From positions 801,660,001 to 801,724,000 of the forward strand of contig NW_027362762.1 of assembly GCF_046119375.1 (NCBI RefSeq): a stretch of DNA of 64,000 nucleotides, in the 5' to 3' direction. Positions 1-12,591 of this stretch are shown here, piece by piece. How positions within the stretch are numbered: the stretch's first letter is position 1; every line of letters starts with the position of its first letter. A program made the position numbers and the translations under genes. The notes below the pieces were generated by a model. It ran no database searches and was not told the DNA's origin. It saw only the letters and a list, made by a program, of their open reading frames with translations. This stretch comes from Phyllobates terribilis. Lineage: Eukaryota.

Positions 1-147
1 AGTGCTCCTGCGCTCTTCTGATGCCCGCAGTGCTCCTGCGCTCTTCTGATGCCCGCAGTGCTCCTGCGCTCTTCTGATGCCCGCAGTGCTCCTGCGCTCT
101 TCTGATGCCCGCAGTGCTCCTGCGCTCTTCTGATGCCCGCAGTGCTC
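1..147. repeat. 28-bp minisatellite, about 5 copies, cut by the window start
   Basis: Unit AGTGCTCCTGCGCTCTTCTGATGCCCGC repeated head-to-tail. Confidence 0.95.
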
Positions 148-1591
148 TGGCGCTTTTCTGATGCTGCAAAGATGAAGATGCTATCTTGTAGATAGCCACT
201 TGAGACAGCCCCTTTAAATACAATTTTATTTGTAAGGAAATGCAAAATTCAGCAGGTGATTCTGCACTGATATCATCACTACCCCCAGCAATCTTTGATG
301 GCGCCTCACAATTGTTCATTTATATACACAGATTACTCATAAATGACTTAATAAGTTGAAAGAGATTTCATTTGGTGAAACTTATCACAGCAACACGATC
401 AATCGCTTGTTCTCCATAGAGAAAAGAATTTTCACTTTTCAGCAGTTATCACAAGCAGGATTACCATGAAGGTTAACACCTCGATATCACAGCCGGAGGC
501 AGATATCATTCATCATTCATAATGCATGAATGTGATAGTCACAGCTCACCTCCTTCCCCTCCCTGTTCAACAACCATTGTATACCTAGAAAGCTATTAGA
601 TAGTAGCCAATCAGTCTTCTCCAGAATCTTGTTTCCTATGGTCTATGTGTCTGCTGTAAAATATATCCCCAAATGCTGGTAATCCTGACATCCAAGATGG
701 CTAACAAACAAATTTGAAAAAAAAAATATATATTTTTTTCACTATCCGTTTTAAATTAATTCCTTTCTTTCCCCATTAAAGGGGGTAATCCTGTCTACAG
801 GATAGGTAATAAATGTGTGATCAGTCGCCACTCACCAGAATAGGGTGCCGGAGATCCCGTTCTACCTCATTGATAAATACCCATTGTGGGACTGTCCATC
901 TATCCCTAACCATCAGACCACTTTACCTTTTAAATTTAGGATCTGTAACTGGTAGTATATTTTATTACTTGGTACAGGTAGCCTTCGTAATATTAGTGGT
1001 GAAGATTTTGAATCTGAACCTGAGAATACATTAGGAAACGGCAAGAACTGGCAGCTGAATGAATTCACTTATTTTCTAGCTTCTTGTGAGACATCCATTC
1101 AAAACCTAATTAAGTTCAAGGCTTGGCATTAGAATTTCTTTTTTTGAAGGAACAACTTGTGTCTCACAGTTTTGTTGGAGACTTCTCAAGACAAACAGTA
1201 CAAAAAAATGCAGAGAACCTTTTTCTGTAGATACAAAAATGGACTTAATTTGCATGATCATTTATATTCCTGACCATTTGAGCGCTCGTATAAAGGCACA
1301 GTTCTACCGTACAAAAAAAAGTCCAAAGTCCCAGGGGAGGGGGGGATATGATAATTAAACATATAGGTGGGGATTTAGGGGAATAATAAGCACATTGGCG
1401 GGGATTGCTTGGCGTCCCCCGGACTCCAAGCCTGTGGAAAAAAAAAGAATTGATTTAAAGTGCTTTTCTCTGCAATCAGACCTCTACAATGGGCCATACA
1501 GTATAGATTTACTTTTCTACACCCTGTATGCCCATAGTAGAGGTCTGATATCGCCCAGGGGGTGACAGGTTCCCTTTAAGATTCTCTACAC

Positions 1592-1753
1592 CAGTGTTCC
1601 CCAACTCCAGTCCTCAAGTCCCACCAACAGGTCATGTTTTCAGGATTTCCTTACTATTACACAGGTGATGGAATTATTGCCTGAGCAGTACTAAGGAAAT
1701 CCTGAAAACATGACCTGTTGGTGGGCCTTGAGGACTGGAGTTGGGGAACACTG
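1592..1753. mobile_element. Palindromic hAT(Charlie)-type MITE
   Basis: Starts CAGTGTTCCCCAACTCCAGTCCTCAAG and ends CTTGAGGACTGGAGTTGGGGAACACTG, with near-perfect internal symmetry. Flanks are inverted rather than direct repeats (see findings). Confidence 0.75.
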
Positions 1754-2508
1754 GTGTAGAGCATCTTAAAGGGAACCTGTCAACCTGGAGTTGGGGAGCC
1801 CTGCTATACACAGGTGACATTAGGTTTCAGGCCGGCAGGTTCCGATTAAGCACAATAAAGGCAGCAACAGCAAAACAGAAAAAGTATGTTTTTTATAGAG
1901 GCTAAGTCCCTTATATGACTATAGTGATGTGGGGGTAATAGTCCTTAATAAGGGACGATAATAAAATAAGTATTGACACTGACTTGAGCCCCTTTCACAT
2001 AGGCCAACGCAAACTGTATATGTTCATACAGTTGTTCAGTCTCCATACAGCTTTCATTTTGTTGGCAGAACATCCCATTTACAAGGGTTATATGCTATTG
2101 ACAATAATGATCCGTAGGGTATGTGCACACTTTAAATATTTGCAGCAGAAACAGAGATTCCTGAAATCTGGTGCACTCCTTGCAGATTTGAAGCAGTTTC
2201 AAATCTGTCGCATGTTAATTCTTTCAGCGTTTTTGCAGTGTTTTTCACTTATTTTAATAAAAAAAAATTAAAAAAATTGTTTCTCCAGCCAAGAGATACA
2301 TTTATGCGCAGAAATTTCTGCTGCAAATACTCCAGGTGTGCACATACCCTTATATCCGCATAAATAGTCCATTCAGCCCACGAACAAACGTTTTCCTCAT
2401 TCGTCAGCTGATCACTGCGAATGATTGGGAATCAGAGTTGTTACAAATACTTGCATGACAGATTATTATTGACTCTTGTAAGGGGACCTTCACTATCAGC
2501 AACAAACG

Positions 2509-2827
2509 CAAGGCTGTAGAGTCGGTAAGCCAAACCTCCGACGACTCAATTTCCATGACACCGATTACAACTCCGACTCCCTCATACATGGCTCATGTTT
2601 AAGTGATCAATTTACTGTAGCACAGATTAATCTCAGCTAAAAGTCTAGACCCTTAGATCAGGAATAGGACAGACCTTTATAGGACATTTCATAACTTTCC
2701 CAAATTGTTATGAAAAAATATTCCCAACAAACTGCATTGAACTATTGTACCCAATTTATTATATATTTTAGGAGTTGATCCATTTCATACCGACTCCACC
2801 AAAATGGACTCCGACTCCACAGCCCTG
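2509..2827. mobile_element. hAT-type MITE with perfect 8-bp TSD
   Basis: CAAGGCTGTAGAGTCGG...GACTCCACAGCCCTG with ACTCCG subterminal repeats. TSD AACAAACG at 2501-2508 and 2828-2835. Confidence 0.9.
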
Positions 2828-4058
2828 AACAAACGTTCAATATACCAGCTGTTTTTTTGACAGATTGGTCTGTTGGACAAATAAAAGTGTCTAATTAATG
2901 GCCAGTGGCAATAATGAGACAGAGGCTAATTGTTCTATCCAGTCTGTGGCCATTTCTACAGATGCAATAGAAGGCCATAAAGGAAGTGATACATGACAGT
3001 TTTCCTAGTTTCTTGTTACCTTACATGTGATTATGTGCATGTTATAGTTGTGTTTTATGCGTTTATTATATAATTTTAGTTTTTGAGGTTTTTTTTTTTC
3101 ATGGTCTTTATTCTCAATCTTTCATTGTTACCGACATTCAGTAATTTCAGGACCTTTTGTTGCCTGGTGTTGTAGAGCTTGTCCTCAGTGTAATCTTTGT
3201 CATTTGTAGCCATATAATTGTATTATAACTTGGTCATGCCACTTCTGCTACATAAACACAGACATTCTTTTTCATTTTCGGCTGCGTGTGTCTATTTTTT
3301 CCCATATTTGGTTGGCTGATGATATGAAATGTAATGTATTCCTTGTTATAACGTTCCTCCTGATGGAAAGCAGCCAAGGTGTTTAAATAGAACAATGCTG
3401 GCATGAACTTATCATTCGCTGTTGCTATAAATGTTGCTAATTCATTGCTGACATACTTCTCCGAAGCTGTCTTTCCACAAATTCCCACACTCGTCTAAAA
3501 CTTTCCCAAAGGTGACCTGAAGTGCTCTGGGGAACTGCTCAACAGCCACATGTTTTAATAAATGTTTAAATGGGGTTGTGCAAGACTTTCACATTGATGG
3601 CCTGTCCTTGGGGTAGGTCATCAATATCTGATCTTAGGGTGCGATACCCAACACCACTATCAATCATCTCTACCCGGTTCTGGCAGCAGTCGGATGTGAT
3701 CAGCTCCGTCAACTGTATAGTGGCTGCGACCGGTGTAAGAAAACAAAAAACTTAAACTCACACTCGCCTCTTGGACAGGGGCGGCGCCTCTGCAATCCGC
3801 ATTGTGTCCTTGCCATCAAAATCTGGTGATCGCTGCAGCCTTCATAATTTGTCCAAACAGGAAGAAAGTGTTGAGATGGACTGCACATGGCATCCTCTGA
3901 TGGATGGTGATGATAAAAGCACCCATAATGCCAAAACAGAGGATGTCCATTTCTGAGTCTTCACATGTGACCTTTTAAACATTTTCTATTAAGTGGTCTA
4001 TGATTTTTCAAGAAACTTTGCATAAATAAATAGTACAAGAAAATCAACTAATTATAAT

Positions 4059-4366
4059 TAGTGTTGAGCGAACGTGCTTGGATAACGTGTTATCCGAGCA
4101 TGCTTAACTTTATTCAAGTATCTTCGGCGTTCTAGTCTAATATGTTCAAGTCCCTGCGGCTGCATGTTTTGTGGTGGTAGACAGGCGCAACACAGGCAGG
4201 GATTCGCTAACAAACAAGGCAATCCCCGCATGTGTTGCGTCTGTTTACCTCCGGAAAACATGCAGCCGCAGGGAGGCAAACGTATTAGACGAGGGCGCTG
4301 AAGATACTGGGATAAGACCGAGCATGCTTTCATAACAAGTTATCCGAGCACGTTCGCTCAACACTA
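4059..4366. mobile_element. hAT-type MITE (TAGTGTTGAGCG termini)
   Basis: TIR TAGTGTTGAGCGAACGTGC / GCACGTTCGCTCAACACTA. TSD ATTATAAT / TTTATAAT (7 of 8 match). Confidence 0.88.
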
Positions 4367-6150
4367 TTTATAATATATCCTATTAGAGAAGTATACTTCT
4401 TTCTCCACTGTGCCTTCCATTCTCCATTCCTTCTTAATTCCCCTTCCTTTCCCCAATAACTTGCCTCCTGAACTCATCATCCACTATGAAAAACGGCTAA
4501 AATTCCTCTGGGTCAAAGCAAGACGGACTGCCAATTCACTGATGGATCAGATTACAGATGTCTATTGAAGTCTATGGAGAAGGGCAGAGGGGTAGAATGA
4601 GAGGTGCAGAGTGAGAAGTGTGATTGCTCTGCTTTTTTCTCATAAGTGTTTTATCACACTACGAAGATGGATTCACAGCTGCACTGCTCAATACGGCTGT
4701 ATAATTGTATATTGACCTCAGTGCTGCTGTTGCTGCTGCTGTAGAACATTTGCTGCCTATATAGGAGTGTAAGAATCCTTCATGTCTCTGTGTGCTGTCT
4801 ATGCAAAACACCATACCAGCTAGTCTCCACCTATTATCACAGAAACATCTGAAAATTAGGGCCTGTGGAGGTGTGAAAAATGTTATTATTCCTTATTTAT
4901 CCACTGTATATATCATGTAGCCAAAAATGCAAATATTTAAACGCATGAAAACTGGAGTGTTTGCCTCCCATTTACGATCCTACATGGGTGACACCATGGG
5001 TCTAGGCACCCAAATGGCGTAAAGTCCTGGCAAAAACCACAGGTGTGGTCACGTAAACTAAAGGCAGCACAGGTCCTTATGGTGCTGTTAGTTCAGGTCC
5101 TTATGATGCTTATAGACATTGTCCCAGGACCCATGATGTAATACGCCTTTATTATACTATGCCACAGCCCGTGATTAGGGTAATTTTTGTGAATACCATA
5201 AACTGGCAAATGGGCATTCTAGACAAATCCAGATTGATGTAGTGATGAGAAAATGTACCCTGTCTTGTTTGCAGGCCCTATTCATTCAGCAGATGGATAC
5301 TGTTACTCGTTGCCAAATTCTGGGTCCAGTTGCTTGTGAGGCTTCCTGACTTCCGGCAGTGGAGGGCACTGACGCCTCCTGCTGGGCGGAGGGGGTACAT
5401 AATGGCTGACAGAAGACAGCTGTATATGCTACTCCTGAGATGGCTGCAGGAACATATGTCACATTCCTCTGGGAAAGCCACATATTACCCTATTTCCTAG
5501 TTACTAGACAGGCCCTTGTACTATGTATCGCCTGGGGCTTTTTAAAATAAATTATTCACACACCTGTTCGAAAAGCTACAGGCAAAACATACTTTGAGGG
5601 ATGGCCCAATGTCTAGGCTGCAGGGAAATATGTTATTTACCATGCTTATTATTTACCATGCTTTACTTACTACTGTCTTTTTTCCTGATATTTTGACCTT
5701 GTACACATTTTTTATACTGCTGTGATCTATATGCAGTAGTATTGGTATTCATTGAAAGGTTTGTAGAAGGTACAAACTGCACTGTACACTGTGTGCTGCA
5801 GCTCATTGCGTCTTATTTTGTTTTTTTACACATACTGTACTAGTTGAGGATATAATTAATTCTCATAATTTTTTGTGGGGTTTCTTGGCTGTTTACCGCT
5901 GTATTGATACGACCGTATTGTCTCCTTGGACAATTCCCTTTTAAATTAAGTAGTTCCCTTTACAAAATAAAAAAAAACCATATACCGTATTCACCTCCCC
6001 ATTCTAGTAATGTTGACACCAGGTGTCCCAGGGCTTGCGTGACATTGTTATGCTATGTGAGCCATGCAGTAAACAGTGGTCGCTATTTGTCTGCTGCTCT
6101 CTCACTACTTCTGCTTTTCCGAGGTTCATCCAAAAAAAGTGAGAGAGCAG

Positions 6151-6171
6151 CTAATCTATCTAATCTATCTA

Positions 6172-6234
<63 letters not shown>
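6151..6234. repeat. (TATC)n microsatellite
   Basis: Pure TATC run preceded by CTAATCTAT variants. Confidence 0.97.
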
Positions 6235-6957
6235 ATTTTTATGTTACAAAGGGGACTTCTTCATTAAACAGGGATTTTCCAGTTAGGGGACAACCTTGTA
6301 AGTTCATGATTCCAATGTTGTTTGAGTTTCCTATGGATCTAACCCGAAGTGACAAGACTGACCAGTGTGAGTCTTCCATAGATCTACAACCTGGGCCTTT
6401 AGTGAACCTATGTTTATATATTAAAACAGGTTTTCACCTTTCAATTTTTTTGGCAGATTTGTCCTAGCCATATTAAAAGTAATAAAATCAGCTTTTATTC
6501 ACTTTCCTGCTGCTCCGATGATTGTGTACAGGCTGAAGCAGCAATGTCAAGTCAACAGCGCTGCATCCAATTACTGGGCGCAGTGGCTTGTGCTGTCTAC
6601 CCCTGAGCCTAGTGATTGGCTGCAGCGCTGTTGAAGTGATGTCATTGCTGCAGTCTGTACACAATGGAGCAGAAGTGGAAAAGCAGAATTGGACCCCTAG
6701 AGGATGAGTTCCTAATCATTGTATTATTTTTAGTACGTGCAGAACGAATTAGTAAAAATCAAAAATTTGAGAAGTCACAAATGCAGGTTTTTGTACAATT
6801 TTTTTTTTCCTTAGTCACAAACAGTAAGGAAACATAAATCCATTTTGTTTCCTATTCCAAAGTTGTGAAAAGAGGTTTTTCAATCCAGCAAAGCGAATTA
6901 AAAGCAAAAAATACATTATGATGACTTCATTAAAATAGTAGCATGGGCATAAAAAAT

Positions 6958-7002
6958 ATATCTGATGCGTTTCGAGTCTAGCTGGCTCTTAATCTTAGAT
7001 AT
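6958..7002 (-). ncRNA. Degenerate minimal type I hammerhead ribozyme fold (Penelope-type relic)
   Basis: Minus strand reads ATATCT-AAGATTAA-GAG ccagctaga CTC-GAAA-CGCA-TC-AGATAT: 6-bp helix I, 3-bp helix II, GAAA and a UC cleavage site. Core U4 and the helix III palindrome are mutated. Confidence 0.5.
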
Positions 7003-7136
7003 TGTTGCATTTGAATACGACCTGCATATCTGGTCAAGGCTAAAAATTACAGCAAAAAGGTGATGATAGTGGGTATTCTGCGTGTGTGGAGTTTATGTTC
7101 AGAAGTGTGTAATTGCTCTCATCTCACTGTTTCTAG

Positions 7137-7257
7137 CTGACGGAAGTGCCATCATCAGAGAGCTGCAACCCTTGTTTCAAAAGCATGGAATGACAGAGAC
7201 TGTGCACAGCTGGGCAGACCATGGCTACCTGGCCACATACACGGCAAAGAACGGGAG
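7137..7257 (+). CDS. SMS: Spermine synthase, coding exon 2 (121 bp, phase 1 to phase 2)
   Basis: TTTCTAG acceptor and AG|GTAAGA donor. Translates (A)[39 protein letters not shown](S), matching the SMS N-terminal motif [19 protein letters not shown]. Length and phases match my recollection of human exon 2. Confidence 0.94.
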
Positions 7258-7388
7258 GTAAGATAGCATGCACCTGAGTGAATATCCTTGCTTTACATAA
7301 CTATTAGTTCTCCAAAGCTTGAAGACTAAGTGCAGATTGTGACCCATCTGGCAGTGTTAGTATTGATCAAATGGTGTCACTTTCTTAA

Positions 7389-7823
7389 AGGGAATCTATC
7401 ATCAGGTTTTTGTTACCCTATCTGAGAGCTGCATGATTTAAGGGTAGAGAAACTCTAATTCCAGTGATGTATCACTACTTGCTGCCCTGCTTACTGCTAT
7501 TTTGATAAAACCCTCTTTTATCTGCTGCAGATCTACCGTTCTCTGAATGCTGAGCTGTGTATAACCCCGCCCACACCACTGATTGGCTGCTTTCTGCCTA
7601 TTCGCAGTGTATACAGAAAACCTCCAATCAGTGGTGAAGGTTAGGGTTATACAGAGCTCATGAATATGGAGGACTACATGTTAGCAGGTTTACTAGTCCT
7701 CTAGTGATAATCTCCTGCTGATAAATCAGAGATTTTATCAAAATTACAGCAAGCAGTCTAGAAGGTGACACATTGCTGTATTCAGGGTCTCTGTCTGCCC
7801 CTACATCGTGCTTCTCTCTCCCT
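7389..7823. mobile_element. TTAA-flanked T2/Kolobok-type MITE; family also at about 33870-34270 and 46004-46456
   Basis: TTAA-AGGGAATCTATCA...CCCT-TTAA. The internal segment CTGCTGCAGATCT...CCAATCAGTGGTG is shared with the other copies. Confidence 0.75.
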
Positions 7824-8270
7824 TTAAAGTTTTTGTCATATCAAATCCTGTGTACATATTCTCTATAAGCGAATATGGTCATCATATAAGGAATACACTG
7901 TGCAATTTCATTGCAATCAATGATGACTTAAAGGGATATTCCAAAGTTCAGAGGTTGTCTCTTATCAGCTATGAACAACCGAATACAGCAGGTATGTTTA
8001 CATTTGTTTTCCAGTCATTTGTCCAGCATGAACTCTTCTGATAGAATGACCCTGCGGTGATCGGCTGATTTTCAGGCCAGCTTTCATTTACAAAGGTTAT
8101 ATTTTTGCCAGGACAAGGCCAATTAGGAGTCGACAACTCGCGTTTAATGTTTTGGCTTTGCGCTAACAAGCAGTGAAATAAACACTGTTCAGTTTATTCT
8201 GGTTTTACTTCTGGAACTTTTTTTCTTTATTAGGTGTTATTGGCATTTCACTTTGTGAGCAAAAACTTGT

Positions 8271-9479
8271 CTTCTGTATCACACGTCATATCACTTCCGT
8301 ATCACACGTCATATCACTTCCGTATCACACGCCATATCACTTCCTTATCACACGCCATATCACTTCCGTATCACACGTCCTATCACTTCCGTATCACACG
8401 TCATATCACTTCCGTATCACACGTCATATCCCTTCCGTATCACACGTCATATCCCTTCCGTATCACACGCCATATCCCTTCCGTATCACACGCCATATCC
8501 CTTCCGTATCACACGCCATATCCCTTCCGTATCACACGCCATATCCCTTCCGTATCACGCGCCATATCCCTTCCGTATCACACGCCATATCCCTTCCGTA
8601 TCACGCGCCATATCCCTTCCGTATCACGCGCCATATTCCTTCCGTATCACGCGCCATATCCCTTCCGTATCACATGTCCTATCCCTTCCGTATCACACGT
8701 CCTATCACTTCCGTATCACACGTCTTATCACTTCCGTATCACACGTCTTATCACTTCCGTATCACACGTCCTATCACTTCCGTATCACACGTCCTATCCC
8801 TTCCGTATCACACGCCATATCCCTTCCGTATCACACGCCATATCCCTTCCGTATCACACGCCATATCCCTTCCGTATCACACGCCATATCCCTTCCGTAT
8901 CACACGCCATATCCCTTCCGTATCACACGCCATATCCCTTCCGTATCACACGTCCTATCCCTTCCGTATCACACGTCCTATCCCTTCCGTATCACACGTC
9001 CTATCACTTCCGTATCACACGTCCTATCACTTCCGTATCACACGTCCTATCCCTTCCGTATCACACGTCCTATCCCTTCCGTATCACACGCCATATCCCT
9101 TCCGTATCACACGCCATATCCCTTCCGTATCACACGTCCTATCCCTTCCGTATCACACGTCCTATCCCTTCCGTATCACACGTCCTATCACTTCCGTATC
9201 ACACGCCATATCCCTTCCGTATCACACGTCCTATCCCTTCCGTATCACACGTCCTATCCCTTCCGTATCACACGTCCTATCCCTTCCGTATCACACGTCC
9301 TATCCCTTCCGTATCACACGTCCTATCACTTCCGTATCACACGTCCTATCCCTTCCGTATCACACGCCATATCCCTTCCGTATCACACGCCATATCCCTT
9401 CCGTATCACACGTCCTATCCCTTCCGTATCACACGTCCTATCACTTCCGTATCACACGTCCTATCACTTTCGTATCACA
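8271..9479. repeat. 23-bp minisatellite, about 52 copies
   Basis: Unit CTTCCGTATCACACG(T/C)C(A/C)TATC(A/C). It explains the stop-free ORFs 8234-9556 and 8674-9666. Confidence 0.97.
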
Positions 9480-10691
9480 GCTTTATACTTATTTTTCTTT
9501 ATTTACAATTATATTTTATCTCCTCGTACAGAAGAAAAACCCTTGCAGTGCTGTAGTTTATAGAAATCTGAATGACCAGTGTATTGTTTTGTTGAAAAAA
9601 AAAATGCATGTGTTTTCACACTATCCTTTCCACTCTCATTGCCACCGCTACATGCAAGATCTGTAACTGAGACCACACAGCTAATATGTACCAGTTCTAG
9701 TCTTGTTATGTTGCCCATTAGCCCCAGGGCCTGGGATTGTTGGTGACGTCTGTGCTGGGGGTCACTGTTTGCCGCTGGTGAGACAGTAGCTGCAGTCTGC
9801 TTTGGTGTAGACACGCCGTCCAGACCCGAGCTTCTGCCTAATGCAAATGAATGCAAATCTGTACATCTGGGCGGCTGAATGTTCCAGCTGTCTTTCATAT
9901 TTTTTGATTATGTTTAGGTACACAGATATTTAAGATGAAAGTGTTGATCGCAAAAGTCAAAATTTACATGAATCACTGGTTAAGGGTATGTTTCCACATT
10001 GTTTTTTTTGGCTGATGGTGCCATGTTTTTCTAAGTGAAGCTGCTTCAGGAAAGTGCCAGCCATCTTTCTAGTGAAGCATCTTCACTGCCGGATTTGTCT
10101 TCGTTTTCCTGGTGACTTTGCCATCCGCGTTTTCTTTTTTGTACTACAGAATAGAGTCGAAAAATGAGCATGTTACTTCTTTTACTGGTTAATCGTTAAA
10201 AGCGGATAAAGTAACATAAGACGGAACATGTGCACAGCACATTACTGTGCACTATGTTCATTTCTTGCGGCAGTTTTCCTGCGCTTTTCCAGGCAGATTC
10301 CAGACAACCACAACATTGCTGCCATCTGTGTATAAAAGATTAAACAGCATTTAAATGGAGTGGCCGCTGGTGAATGCGTGTTCCAGTTCCCATCAGCATC
10401 CCCTGAGATTGTACTCATAGGCTGCCATGGCAGCTGGGGGCCTGCTGAAGACCGTTGTGATGCCATTTTGGCACTCCTATGAAGCTCAGCCACAGCCTGA
10501 GCTCCGTGGGATACCATGATTTTTCCTTTATACTGCAATACTGTCGTAAACTATAACAATTCAAATCATCCCTCTTTTTCCTGTTAAAAATAAAAATACA
10601 AAATCATATTTGGAATTTGCTGCGTCTGTAAAACTCTGATCTATCAAAGTGTAAAATAAATTCCCCCTTATAGTAAACACTATTAAGAGAA

Positions 10692-10985
10692 AAATAATAA
10701 TAATAATAATCTTTTTTATTTATATAGCGTCAGCATATTGTGCAGCGCTTTGCATTTCAGACAATTCTCAGACATTAAGGGCACTGCCCCCATTGGGGCT
10801 CACAATCTAGATTCCCTATCAGTATGTCTTTGGAGTGTGGGAGGAAACCGCAGAACCCGGAGGAAACCCACACAAACACGGAGAGAACATACAAACTCCT
10901 TGCAGATGTTGTCCTTGGTGGGATTTAAACCCAGGATCCCAGCGCTGCAAGGCTGCAGTGCTAACCATAGAGACACCGTGCTGCC
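10692..10985 (-). mobile_element. tRNA-derived SINE (V-SINE/HE1-like)
   Basis: Minus strand starts GGCAGCACGGTG...GTTAGCAC (A box-like), then GGTTTAAATCCC (B box-like), the V-domain-like GAGTTTGTATGTTCTCTCCGTG...GGGTTTCCTCCGGG and an (ATT)n tail. Confidence 0.85.
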
Positions 10986-11000
10986 CACACCATAATTTTT

Positions 11001-11280
11001 GGTCCCAATTCATCAAACTGTTTAAAAACTTTTGAGAAGTTGCAATTTTTTTTGCCCAACATGAACTTGCACAAAAAAATTGCAACTTTTGGCCTTTCCA
11101 CGACACTTTTGGTGAAGCCCACCTGACAAATTAATCAAAGTGCCTACGTTCCTTTCACCAGAAATGGTACTCCAGAGCCTGACTGGGGTAACATTACCGG
11201 CGAGGCACACGGAGGCAAACGACAGTGATAAGATGCGCTAAATTCATTAAGCGACGTGAACCTCTTAATGAATTTGGTGC
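11001..11280. mobile_element. Harbinger-like MITE (similar ends at about 59330-59789)
   Basis: GGTCCCAATTCATCAA...TTAATGAATTTGGTGC terminal inversion. TTCATGAATCGGCCC and TTGATGAATCAGGCCC ends occur at 59509-59523 and 59774-59789. Confidence 0.55.
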
Positions 11281-11294
11281 ATGCCTTTCATTAA

Positions 11295-11835
11295 AGGGGT
11301 ATTCCACTACTTTAGATTATCCCCCAATGTATTCCCCGGGGGCCTCTAAGCCTTTTTGTAAATACTTTCCTTTGCAGATAATGCCTGTGAGAGGCGCTAT
11401 CACTGGCCGCTCACAGGCATCACGTGACCCCCGGCTGCAGTTGGCTCTGACGTCAAGACAAGTGTTGGCAGCAGCTGGGGGTCTTTTTCTTCCTGGTTCC
11501 AGGTGGATGCTAGGCTGTGAGCGGGGTTACCCCGTGCGTCACACCAAGCATCCACCGCGCGCTCTGCCTCTCCCCATTCATTGGGAAAGCGCAAGGTGGA
11601 TGCTGGGTATGACGTGGGGGTAACCCCGCCCACAACCCAGCAGCCACCGTGGGGACCCCAGCGCTGAGTCACGCCTCACTTGACGTGACGTCAGCGCGGG
11701 GTCACGTGATGCCTGTGAGCGGCCGCCGATAGCGTCACTCACAGGCATTATCTGCAAGGGAAGGTATTTGCAAAAAGGCTTAGGGGTGCCGGTGGGATAC
11801 ATTGGGGCGTTAACCTAAAGTAGTGGACAACTTCT
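11295..11835. mobile_element. Palindromic TTAA-flanked T2-type MITE
   Basis: TTAA at 11291-11294 and 11836-11839. The arms are inverted over most of their length (CTGCAGATAATGCCTGTGAG / CTCACAGGCATTATCTGCAA). Confidence 0.85.
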
Positions 11836-12364
11836 TTAAGATTGAGGGCCTTTTGTTTTTTTGGTCACGTCACCACCCCCGTAAATTAGAAAGCAGTCAA
11901 AATGCCGTATGCACCCTAAAGTGTTATCAACAAAAATATTAACTAACCACACAAAAAAACAGGCCCTCCCTCGACTCCATCAACAGAAGAATAAAACCGT
12001 TACTGATCTTGGAATATGGCAACACAAAGCAAAAACATTTTCTTCACACAATGAACATCATAGAGATGAAAAACAATGGCAGAATTGCATTTTTTTTCAA
12101 CATTTCATTCCACTTGGATTTTTTTTTCCCGTTTTTCAGTACATTATATGGCGAAATGAATGGTGTTATACAAAGTTACAACTAATCATTCAAAAAACAA
12201 GCCCTGAATAGGCTATCTGGATATATGGGCCGAAAAATAAAAAAGTTCTGGGTGTTGGAAGAAGGTGAAGGGAAAAAAGATTTGAGACTTGGCTCAAAAT
12301 TGAACATGTCTTTGTGATTTGTGCGGACAACTCTGTCTGCGAAAATACATGGACATAGACTATA

Positions 12365-12560
12365 AGGCCTCGTTCACACATTGAGTATTTGGTGAGTTTT
12401 TTACCTCAGTATTTGTAAGCCAAAACCAGGAGTGGGTGATAAATACAGAAGTGGTGACGTGTTTCTATTATACTTTACCTCTGATTGCTCCACTCCTGGT
12501 TTTGGCTTACAAATAATGAGGTAAAAAACTCACCAAATACTGAACGTGTGAACGTGGCCT
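12365..12560. mobile_element. Short palindromic T2-type MITE
   Basis: AGGCCTCGTTCACAC...GTGTGAACGTGGCCT with an internal palindrome. Confidence 0.8.
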
Positions 12561-12591
12561 AACATGTGAAAAACGTGAATATTACTTGTTC

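Noticed and set aside
3234-3488. 84-aa minus-strand ORF
   Set aside because: No recognisable domain; the length is compatible with chance.
5402-5450. Possible SMS exon 1 (ATG plus 16 codons plus G, the expected length)
   Set aside because: No GT donor follows and there is no similarity to the MAAARHSTLDF-type N-terminus. Exon 1 is probably upstream of the window.
8234-9666. 440-aa and 330-aa ORFs
   Set aside because: They are translations of the 23-bp minisatellite, which lacks stop codons on this strand.
9509-9898. 129-aa minus-strand ORF in unique sequence
   Set aside because: No recognisable homology or convincing splice sites.
10900-10985. tRNA gene
   Set aside because: The A and B boxes belong to a SINE head, and no full cloverleaf is present.
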